From positions 424 to 64,423 of the forward strand of contig ONEG01000006.1 in NCBI GenBank assembly GCA_900316845.1: a stretch of DNA of 64,000 bases, given 5' to 3'. The translations under genes and the position numbers were made by a program. Each line of letters opens with the position of its first letter. Position 1 is the first letter of the stretch. The DNA is from an uncultured Bacteroidales bacterium. GTDB taxonomy: Bacteria > Bacteroidota > Bacteroidia > Bacteroidales > Paludibacteraceae. The notes beneath the pieces are model-generated. The model saw only the letters and a program-made list of their open reading frames with translations, was not told where the DNA came from and did not search any database. Positions 20,382 through 28,160 of this stretch are shown here, piece after piece.

Positions 20382-22054
20382 ACCATATTCGTGTACAGGA
20401 ACCGTTTGATAGATTTCTTCGGCGTCTTCTCAAACTCATGCGGATAGAGTTTGACGATGGAGATCTGCTCGTACGCCGCGAGTTCGGAGTTCACCTGTTT
20501 GCGGGCGTCTTCCATCTGCTCGTCCAACTGCTCACGGGTCAGACCATCGGCGTCCACTTCATTGTAGTCCGGACAGATGAGTGCCACCAGACGGGTGTCT
20601 TCCTGTTGGAGTACCAGCGACTCCAGGACGTACGGCATATTATTGATCTTCGCCTCAATCTCTTCCGGATAGATATTTTGTCCGCTCGGTCCCAAGAGCA
20701 TGGTCTTGCAACGACCTTTGATAAAGAGGAATCCGTCTTCGTCCAGCTGTCCCAAATCACCCGTTCGGAGCCATCCGTCTTTGGTGAAGGCCTCTTTGGT
20801 AGCCTGGGGATTCTTGTAATAACCGGTCATCGTGTTCTCGCCGCGAACCACCACCTCACCTATTCCTTCTTCGTTCGGGTCAAGGATCTTCACTTCCATG
20901 ATTCCCGGTAACGGACGACCGCAGGAGTATATCTTCGGGCCTTCGCTAATCGGCGTGTAGCAGATCAGCGGAGCGCACTCCGTCATACCGTAACCCACCG
21001 AAACGGGGAATTTTATTCTGTGCAGGAATGCTTCTACTTCGGGGTTCAGCGGAGCGCCGCCGATGATCATCTGGCTGAACTCGCCGCCGAAGGCCTGAAC
21101 CAACTGCTCGCGGATCTTCGAACAAACGACTTCGTCCAGGAACGGCACTTTGAGTACCCAGCTTACGGGCGGTTTCTGAATCTGCGGCACGATCATCTTC
21201 TTGTATATCTTCTCCAGGATCAGCGGAACCGAGAGGATGACAGTCGGCTTGACTTCCGCAAAAGCATTCAGCAGAATCTTCGGACTCGGCGTACGGCCAA
21301 CCAACCATGTGTGGCCGCCGGCTGCCAGACAGGACAGAAAATCAAACGCGCAACCGTACGCATGTGCCAGCGGCAGGAACGTCACGAACCGTGCGCCCTT
21401 ATGCGCGATACCGCTCTCCAAGCCGTAACGCACGTTTCCAGCCAGACCGTTCAACGGCATGATCACGCCTTTGCTGAAACCCGTCGTGCCGGAGGTATAG
21501 TTGATAGAACCTATCTCGCTGTTGGCGCGCTCGTCGAAATGCACATCTTTTGCCCAGTAACCTTCCGGGTGTTTCTCTTTGAACATCGTCCCGATAGCCT
21601 CGTAGTTGATCTTCTTCGGGTCCAACGCCAAGGTTATCGGATGCCAGTCATTCAGGCTCACGGTCGCTTTCACCTTGGGGATCTGATCCAACTCAATACC
21701 CTCCCAGTTGATGTCGCTGATGAAAAGCAGCTTACTCTCCGAGTGGTTGATGATGTGAATCGCGTCGTTCGCACGGAAATCCTGCAGAATCGGCACGATG
21801 ATCGCTCCGTACGTCACAGCCGCCAGATATACAGCGACCCAGTTACTGTTGTTCTTGCCCATGACGGCTATCTTGTCGTTTTTCTTCACGCCGCATTCCT
21901 TGAAAAGGATGTGCAACTTCTCGATGTTGATAGCCAACTGGCCGTAAGTCAAGGTCACGTTTGTGCCGTAATCGGTCACAGCGGGCTCGTCCCAGTTCTC
22001 GCGGAACGAACGCTCGTACATCTTGACAAAATTATATTTCTCATCCGTCATCAT
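20378..22054 (-). CDS. AMP-dependent long-chain acyl-CoA synthetase
   Basis: AMP-binding signature YTSGTTGFSKGV, plus GYGMTE and TGDLG motifs. Confidence 0.9.
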   Translation of the reverse strand: MMTDEKYNFVKMYERSFRENWDEPAVTDYGTNVTLTYGQLAINIEKLHILFKECGVKKNDKIAVMGKNNSNWVAVYLAAVTYGAIIVPILQDFRANDAIHIINHSESKLLFISDINWEGIELDQIPKVKATVSLNDWHPITLALDPKKINYEAIGTMFKEKHPEGYWAKDVHFDERANSEIGSINYTSGTTGFSKGVIMPLNGLAGNVRYGLESGIAHKGARFVTFLPLAHAYGCAFDFLSCLAAGGHTWLVGRTPSPKILLNAFAEVKPTVILSVPLILEKIYKKMIVPQIQKPPVSWVLKVPFLDEVVCSKIREQLVQAFGGEFSQMIIGGAPLNPEVEAFLHRIKFPVSVGYGMTECAPLICYTPISEGPKIYSCGRPLPGIMEVKILDPNEEGIGEVVVRGENTMTGYYKNPQATKEAFTKDGWLRTGDLGQLDEDGFLFIKGRCKTMLLGPSGQNIYPEEIEAKINNMPYVLESLVLQQEDTRLVALICPDYNEVDADGLTREQLDEQMEDARKQVNSELAAYEQISIVKLYPHEFEKTPKKSIKRFLYTNMV

Positions 22055-22057
22055 GGC

Positions 22058-22096
22058 GATTAACGATTTAACAGTTTAACGATTTAACGGTTTAAC
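22058..22096. repeat. ~10-nt tandem repeat (ATTTAACGNT-like) in the acyl-CoA ligase leader
   Basis: Reads gattaacgatttaacagtttaacgatttaacggtttaacg, 3 nt upstream of the ATG on the minus strand. Confidence 0.8.
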
Positions 22097-22475
22097 GTTG
22101 CGGAGCAACATACACGCTATCGACGATAAACTGGCTGTTTCCGCGCCAAGGCAAAGTGCCGAGATAGCGTTTCCAATGAAGTTTCACACCGGTGTTGGCG
22201 CCGTCGTTCAGCTGCTTTGCCACATGCTCGTCCACGACCGAGAACTTGAACTCGTTCGATTGGATGGAGCCTTGTACCTTGGTATTCTTCAGACCTGTCT
22301 GGATCATCTTGCCCTCGTAGGTCTTGAAAAGAAAGCCCTCTTTCTGGAAATAGTTGATGTCACCTTCGTTCACGCCTTCGCTATACACGAAGCAGAATTT
22401 GAAAAAGATAAATACCGCCAATGCCAGCACGGCAATGACCGACGTCCACGTTACGACTTTTCCTGTTGTACTCAT
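22092..22475 (-). CDS. hypothetical N-terminally anchored protein (127 aa)
   Basis: ORF with one N-terminal TM helix. A minus-strand TAACTTTG box lies upstream. Confidence 0.6.
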   Translation of the reverse strand: MSTTGKVVTWTSVIAVLALAVFIFFKFCFVYSEGVNEGDINYFQKEGFLFKTYEGKMIQTGLKNTKVQGSIQSNEFKFSVVDEHVAKQLNDGANTGVKLHWKRYLGTLPWRGNSQFIVDSVYVAPQR

Positions 22476-22583
22476 ATCTGTATATTATTTTTTCTACGCA
22501 ATTCGGCTGCAAAGTTACAACAAAAATTGCACATATGCAAATAAAAATGTATTTTTCCGCAAAAAATAGAATTTTATTCTATT

Positions 22584-22613
22584 AAAAAATCTGCACTTGG
22601 GATGCAGATTTTT
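22584..22613 (-). terminator. rho-independent terminator downstream of rubredoxin
   Basis: atctgca (22589..22595) pairs with tgcagat (22603..22609), flanked by an A-run and a T-run. Confidence 0.75.
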
Positions 22614-22633
22614 GGATTTTACGCTTCAATGAA

Positions 22634-22792
22634 TTACGCCTTGGAGAATTGGTCCTTGCCTACTCCGCAGAGCGGACAAACCCAATCTTCGGGAAGAGAT
22701 TCAAACGGAGTGCCGGGAGCGATTCCGTTGTCCGGATCGCCTACTGCGGGATCGTACTCGTACCCGCATACATCACAAATGTACTTTGCCAT
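22634..22792 (-). CDS. rubredoxin (52 aa; below the ORF-track size cutoff)
   Basis: My hand translation reads [52 protein letters not shown]. It has two CxxCG knuckles and the conserved aromatic residues. Confidence 0.9.
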   Translation of the reverse strand: MAKYICDVCGYEYDPAVGDPDNGIAPGTPFESLPEDWVCPLCGVGKDQFSKA

Positions 22793-22831
22793 AAGATGTT
22801 AATTTTTAGAGAGTTAATATTTAGATTGCGC

Positions 22832-23983
22832 TTATTTCGCCAGCAAGGCATCTGCGAGGGCTTCTAATTCAGCCGTTTGTTCCGGCTTGAGGGAACCACG
22901 GATGGTTACAGTCGGTTCGACGATTTCGATGTTCTTGCAACCCGCCAACATCTCCTTCATGACACGTACCGCTTGCGGTGCCCAGGAGCCGTTTTCTACG
23001 AGTGCGACACGCCTGTTCTGATAGCCCTTGAGGCGGAGTTTATGCAGGAACATATGCATCGCCGGGAAGATGTCGCCGTCGTAGGTAGCGCAGCAAAGCG
23101 CCAAACGATTCATACGGAATGCATCCTCTATCGCCTCCGCCATGTCGTCACGGCTGAGGTCGGTAATGGCAACCTTCCCTGCCCCTTTCGCCTTGAGTAT
23201 CTCTGCGAGTTGCTCAGCCGCCTTCGCCGTATTGCCGTGGATGGAGGCATAAGCCACCAACACACCTTCGGTCTCTACGCCATACGCGCTCCATATCGAA
23301 TAGAGACGCAGCGCCTCGTCTTTCTTCCCGCCTTCCAACATCGGCCCGTGCAGCGGCGCGATGGTCTGAATATCCTTGTCCGCCAGCTTCTTCAACACAT
23401 TCGTTACCTGCACGCCGTACTTGCCGACGATATTGAAATAGTACCGCCTTGCCTCGCAAGCCCAGTCGTCCTCATCGGCGTGATAGACGCCGAACTTACC
23501 GAACGCGTCCGCGCTGAACAACACCTGTTCTTCGGCACAATACGTCATCATCACTTCCGGCCAGTGGATCATCGGCGCTGCGATGAACTGCAATGTCACG
23601 CCACCAAGGTCTATTCGCTGTCCTTCTGCCACAATCTGCACGTTCCTGGCCTCGATGCCGAACTGCTGCATCATCACCACCGCTTGCTTCGAACAAAGCA
23701 CTTGTGCCTGCGGATATTTCGCCAGGAACAAAGCCATCGCGCCGCTGTGATCCGGCTCCATATGCTGGCACACCAGATAATCGGGCGTGCGGCCGTCCAT
23801 AGCCTCCTCCACCTTGTTTAACCACTCATGCGCACACCGCGCATCTACTGCATCCATCACCGCCACCTGCTTCTCGCCGGGCACTACATAACTGTTGTAG
23901 CACATGCCGTCCGGCAAAGCGTACTGGCTCTCGAACAAATCTAACTCTGCGTCATCGCAGCCTACATATTTGATATTTTTCAT
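22832..23983 (-). CDS. flavodiiron protein (FprA-type; metallo-beta-lactamase-like + flavodoxin domains)
   Basis: Di-iron ligand motif HMEPDHSG and a C-terminal flavodoxin-like domain. It lies immediately upstream of rubredoxin. Confidence 0.9.
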   Translation of the reverse strand: MKNIKYVGCDDAELDLFESQYALPDGMCYNSYVVPGEKQVAVMDAVDARCAHEWLNKVEEAMDGRTPDYLVCQHMEPDHSGAMALFLAKYPQAQVLCSKQAVVMMQQFGIEARNVQIVAEGQRIDLGGVTLQFIAAPMIHWPEVMMTYCAEEQVLFSADAFGKFGVYHADEDDWACEARRYYFNIVGKYGVQVTNVLKKLADKDIQTIAPLHGPMLEGGKKDEALRLYSIWSAYGVETEGVLVAYASIHGNTAKAAEQLAEILKAKGAGKVAITDLSRDDMAEAIEDAFRMNRLALCCATYDGDIFPAMHMFLHKLRLKGYQNRRVALVENGSWAPQAVRVMKEMLAGCKNIEIVEPTVTIRGSLKPEQTAELEALADALLAK

Positions 23984-24099
23984 AAGCTTTAAAAATATTC
24001 TGCAAAGTTACGGTATTTTTCTCAATTATGCAAATAAATTGCAAAAATTGTTCGAGAAACTTGCACATTTGCAATTTTTGCAGTAATTTTGCAGGGCAA

Positions 24100-25011
24100 T
24101 TAGATCAGCATTCTCGTTTGCTTGCGGTAGGCGGCATAGCCGGGTTTGTTAGCGAGCTGGCGTTGTTCCATGAGAGGAATGGAGATACCAAGGAACAAGG
24201 CCGTCATGGCTATTGGACCGAGGATGAACCAATCGATGCCGTTTAAGGCCGCATACATGATCCAAATCCCCCACCAAAACTGAATCTCTCCGAAATAGTT
24301 CGGATGGCGACCGTTTTTCCATAGACCGACATTGCAGACCTCGCCCGGATGAGCCGCACGAAAATCATGGCTCTGCTTGTCGGCGATGAGCTGGATGGTA
24401 GCGGACGAAAGGCAAACAAGGAAGCCAAGTATTAAGACCACTCCGCTGACAGAGTACAGACCGCCTTCGGCTGACAGAGTATAGACCAAGTTTCCGGGTT
24501 CAAACAGTTTCAGGCCGGGGAGCATGGCAGCAAAGACAACAAGCGTCGGTACCATGTTGAGCCCAAAGAAATTGATGAGATGGAAGAGCACAGGATGCAG
24601 ACTTCTATACTTGGTATAACGCCAATCTTCATGAGCGATGCCCTTGAAGGTGATCACCCAGTTGCGCGTCAACCGCCAGCCCCAATACCACGAGGCTATC
24701 AGGAGCAGAATCACCGGCAGCGACCAGACACCCGTGTAAAACGCCCAAAGCAGAAAAGCGACCGGAGGAAAGACCGACCAATAAGGGTCATAGACGGACA
24801 CGTTTTCGTACAACAGCCCGAATGCCCATACCACGATCGTTGCTACCACATCCGCTATCAATAAGGCAATGATCGGCTGTGCAGAAGCAGTGAAGTCTAA
24901 GATTGATAAACGATTGGCAGCAAAATAGACCACGATGCCTACTACTGTAGCAAAGAGATAAATGGCAACTATGAGTGCAATGCTTGACCATTTGGAGTAA
25001 GAGCGACGCAT
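24100..25011 (-). CDS. DUF1295 / steroid 5-alpha-reductase-like membrane protein
   Basis: Polytopic protein with a C-terminal GLWKNGRHPNYFGEIQFWWGIW motif. Confidence 0.75.
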   Translation of the reverse strand: MRRSYSKWSSIALIVAIYLFATVVGIVVYFAANRLSILDFTASAQPIIALLIADVVATIVVWAFGLLYENVSVYDPYWSVFPPVAFLLWAFYTGVWSLPVILLLIASWYWGWRLTRNWVITFKGIAHEDWRYTKYRSLHPVLFHLINFFGLNMVPTLVVFAAMLPGLKLFEPGNLVYTLSAEGGLYSVSGVVLILGFLVCLSSATIQLIADKQSHDFRAAHPGEVCNVGLWKNGRHPNYFGEIQFWWGIWIMYAALNGIDWFILGPIAMTALFLGISIPLMEQRQLANKPGYAAYRKQTRMLI

Positions 25012-25186
25012 AACAATTTTATTTACTAAGTAAAAACAATATTTTTTTTCGAAATATGCTGCAAAGATACATCAAAATTTGCATATATGCAAAATAATTT
25101 GTTAATTTTTGCATAAACTCAATATTTTTTGCGCATAAGACATACACTATCCTTGTTCTATAGTGTAAAATTTAGCCTTCATTTCC

Positions 25187-25229
25187 GTTACCATCTCGTT
25201 ACCATCTCGTTACCATCTCGTTCCCATTA
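25187..25229. repeat. 11-nt tandem repeat GTTACCATCTC x3 plus a partial copy
   Basis: Three perfect units at 25187..25219 followed by gttcccatta. It lies in a 478-nt non-coding gap at the left edge of the island. Confidence 0.9.
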
Positions 25230-25489
25230 CGGACGTGTACGTACAGTTTGAGTCGTTCCGGAGATCAGTTTGAATCGGTTTCCTACCCCGTTCCAGGTAA
25301 GAAATAGGTCCGAGAATGGTTAACGATGACTAAGAATATATAAGAACAACTAACGCTCAATTTTTGAACAAAGCGTTCGAAAAAGGGAGGTTGGAAGTAG
25401 AAGAAAAAGACAATTTTTTTTCTTTCAGTTCACAAATTTAACCAATTAAACGAACTTATTCACAAAGCGGATAGTAGATGCAACTGTAA

Positions 25490-25951
25490 TCACGCCAAGC
25501 CTATTCCTGTTAGTTTGTAGAAGATGATTGCGGCTCCACTTACGATTATTCCAAAGATCAGGAGCAACACTATTTCGCCTACCGATGATTCAAAAAAACG
25601 CTCCCAGGCATCGCCTCGCGTGCCATAATCCGGGTGGATAATATCGGCAATCAATCCCCAAATATAAGTGAATGGGAAAAATATACGGTACGCGTCCGGA
25701 TGAAAGAGCCTTAGCCCTGAACGATGCAACTCACGATCATATTTATCGTTGAACGGATTTTTAGCCAACCATACATGCTCCAGGGCATTCTTCTTGTCCA
25801 GCCACCAGCCTTGCGAGAACACTCCGGGTTCCTTATCACAGCCGTACAATACCGAACCATCCGGTTCTACTTTTTGGTTTTCAGGTTGCTCCAATAACTC
25901 ATCCAACCAATACTCGTTTTCTTCCATTTTTGTTTTCTTGTTCGTTTTCAT
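25490..25951 (-). CDS. hypothetical protein with C-terminal TM anchor (153 aa)
   Basis: ORF preceded by the cassette promoter (-7 TACCTTTG, complement of 25981..25988). No motif recognised. Confidence 0.5.
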   Translation of the reverse strand: MKTNKKTKMEENEYWLDELLEQPENQKVEPDGSVLYGCDKEPGVFSQGWWLDKKNALEHVWLAKNPFNDKYDRELHRSGLRLFHPDAYRIFFPFTYIWGLIADIIHPDYGTRGDAWERFFESSVGEIVLLLIFGIIVSGAAIIFYKLTGIGLA

Positions 25952-25977
25952 ACTTATGCGCGTTTAAAATTTTTTTT

Positions 25978-26049
25978 CGGCAAAGGTAATACTTTATTTT
26001 GGGATTAAAAAATAGAAGTTCTTATTAGCCCTAATTAGCCCAATAAAAG
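25978..26049. repeat. cassette junction/promoter element, copy A (contains GCCCTAATTAGCCC)
   Basis: Reads cggcaaaggtaatactttattttgggattaaaaaatagaagttcttattagccctaattagccc. It is homologous to copies at 31392 and 42281. A perfect 16-bp inverted repeat pairs 26005..26020 with 26072..26087. Confidence 0.85.
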
Positions 26050-26153
26050 TTATTTTTTTTCATTTTTTATTAACTTCTATTTTTTAATTTAAAACCTTTT
26101 TATTACTTTTGCGGCGAAAATTCAGTTTTACAATTTAAAATCAGGAGGTAGAT

Positions 26154-26588
26154 ATGGAAAAGAAATTCAGTGAATGGTTAGCAGAAAATTACGGCAAGAC
26201 GGTCACCAAGTCTTTAAAAGGTTCTCAAAAGTGCTTTGAGTCCTTGTCCGCCGATGAGGATCTGAATGACATGTGTCTCATGGAACTGATGGAGCACATG
26301 GCGAACATGGCGGAAAATAACGGCTCTCCAAGACAACAAATCAAGCGCCCAATCATGGCCTTCTACGCCACCGAATTAGGTAATCGGTTGGACATCACTC
26401 CGTTGCAGGTATTCTTGCTCGCGGAGTTTGTAGACCAGTTTCCCGACGATAGTATTGAGACGAAGCAACTGGCAAAGAACCTCGGTTGCAGCAATCTTTC
26501 CATCATGTCATGTTATCAGGATATTGCCGTCCTGCGCGATAAGAAGTATCTCTCCGAGCGCAGATATAATAAAAACAAAGTGGTGTGA
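26154..26588 (+). CDS. N-terminal (winged-helix-like) fragment, possibly the 5' part of the downstream AAA+ ATPase gene
   Basis: Has a TACTTTTG box at 26104..26111 and an AGGAGG 5 nt upstream of the ATG. It ends at a TGA that is in frame with the next ORF. Confidence 0.55.
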   Translation: MEKKFSEWLAENYGKTVTKSLKGSQKCFESLSADEDLNDMCLMELMEHMANMAENNGSPRQQIKRPIMAFYATELGNRLDITPLQVFLLAEFVDQFPDDSIETKQLAKNLGCSNLSIMSCYQDIAVLRDKKYLSERRYNKNKVV

Positions 26589-26660
26589 TACCAGATCCCT
26601 ATCCGTGTCATTACTGCGTTTCAGGCAAACCAAAATGTAGAGCCTTTGGACTATAGCAAT

Positions 26661-27899
26661 ATGAACGGAGATCAGCTGATGGACGAGCTTTTCCAAGTGA
26701 TATCCTCCTATCGGAGTGATGACATCGATATACACGAAGCCTACGAAACCACTTCTGCTATGATTGCAGCCAATATGCAGCTTGGTTTCTGCCGCCAAAT
26801 AAACGAATACTCCCTTTCCAAAGAGAGTTGGATAATTCTTGTCTATGTCTGCACGGGTTACTATTACAGCCCGAAATTTACGATGGATAGTGATGAGTTC
26901 CGGGAGTTTTTTGATATGCGTTGCGGTCTTTCGCAGCTGCGACTTTTCCGCAGTAACAAGCACGAACTGCTCACAAAATCGATTCTAGAACCCGCCGGAG
27001 GAGAACTGGCTAATGCGAATGAGTGGTGCCTTTCACGCCGCGCAGCCAACGATCTGATGAGCGAACTGTGTCCTGTTACGGCGAAAAGCACCAAACAAGG
27101 CGTGATTGATGCGGAAAGTATCGGCAAGAAGGCTCTGTTCTACCCGACAAAGACCACCAGACAGGTTTCTGAGTTGGAGAGTTTGCTCTCGACGGAGAAG
27201 TTCCAACAAGTGCAGGAGAGCTTGGAGGCGCATGGTATGCGCAAAGGTTTCGCGTGCCTTTTCTATGGTACGCCCGGAACAGGAAAGACCGAGACCGTTC
27301 TGCAAATAGCCCGAAAAACGGGCCGCGATATCATGCAGGTAGATATGTCGCAGATGCGCGACAAGTACGTCGGTGAAAGCGAGAAGAACGTGAAGCAGAT
27401 CTTCACGCGTTACCGCCGGATTTGCAAAGAGAGTGATCAGACGCCTATTCTCCTCCTCAATGAAGCGGACGCCCTGCTCGGCGTGCGTATGACGAATGTG
27501 GAGCACTCGGTGGATCAGATGGAGAACACGATGCAGAATATCCTGTTGCAGGAAATGGAGAACTTCGACGGCATCCTGATTGCGACAACCAACCTTACGC
27601 AGAATCTGGATGGAGCGTTCGACCGTCGGTTCCTCTACAAAGTAGAGTTCCTCAAACCCACACCGGAGGAGAGCCGGCATATCTGGCAAGCCATGTTGCC
27701 GGAAATCAGCGAAGAGGATGCTTGGACACTCGCGAAGCAGTATGCTTTCTCCGGCGGCCAGATTGAAAATATTGCCCGCAAACAGATAGTGAACTCTATC
27801 CTCTTTCCTGAGGAAGGCAGAGATCTGAACAAAATCCGCCAGGCTTGTGACAGCGAGTATCTGAACAAAAAACAAACCCGCCCCATCGGCTTTTGCTGA
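26661..27899 (+). CDS. AAA+ ATPase (classic AAA clade)
   Basis: Walker A FYGTPGTGKTE, Walker B ILLLNEADAL, and a second region of homology ending FDRRF. The frame is open back to the TGA at 26586 (TTG at 26646, ATG at 26661). Confidence 0.8.
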   Translation: MNGDQLMDELFQVISSYRSDDIDIHEAYETTSAMIAANMQLGFCRQINEYSLSKESWIILVYVCTGYYYSPKFTMDSDEFREFFDMRCGLSQLRLFRSNKHELLTKSILEPAGGELANANEWCLSRRAANDLMSELCPVTAKSTKQGVIDAESIGKKALFYPTKTTRQVSELESLLSTEKFQQVQESLEAHGMRKGFACLFYGTPGTGKTETVLQIARKTGRDIMQVDMSQMRDKYVGESEKNVKQIFTRYRRICKESDQTPILLLNEADALLGVRMTNVEHSVDQMENTMQNILLQEMENFDGILIATTNLTQNLDGAFDRRFLYKVEFLKPTPEESRHIWQAMLPEISEEDAWTLAKQYAFSGGQIENIARKQIVNSILFPEEGRDLNKIRQACDSEYLNKKQTRPIGFC

Positions 27900-27920
27900 T
27901 GCGGCGGGGGTTGGTGACGA

Positions 27921-28160
27921 TCACGCTAAGAGCATTTCTGCATCGATTGTCTCACAATGGATGATGTCGTGCAGATAGGTTTCCATCTTGGCTCGAGTAG
28001 TCTCATCCATGTGTATTTCCGGCAGGAGAGATAGAATCTCTTCTGCTGTTTTTTTTGCAGAGGTATCATCTACACTATCCGATAGACAGTCATTCACCCC
28101 GCGTAGCAGATACCATAAAAGACCGTTGTTATAAACGACTTGAAGAAGTTCTTTTGTCAT
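27921..28160 (-). CDS. small hypothetical protein (79 aa), paralogous to the N-terminus of the 33071..33658 product
   Basis: ATG at 28160 overlaps the hydrolase stop (ATGA). It shares LLWY...G...LP...DE(T/A)TR motifs with the 195-aa protein. Confidence 0.5.
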   Translation of the reverse strand: MTKELLQVVYNNGLLWYLLRGVNDCLSDSVDDTSAKKTAEEILSLLPEIHMDETTRAKMETYLHDIIHCETIDAEMLLA

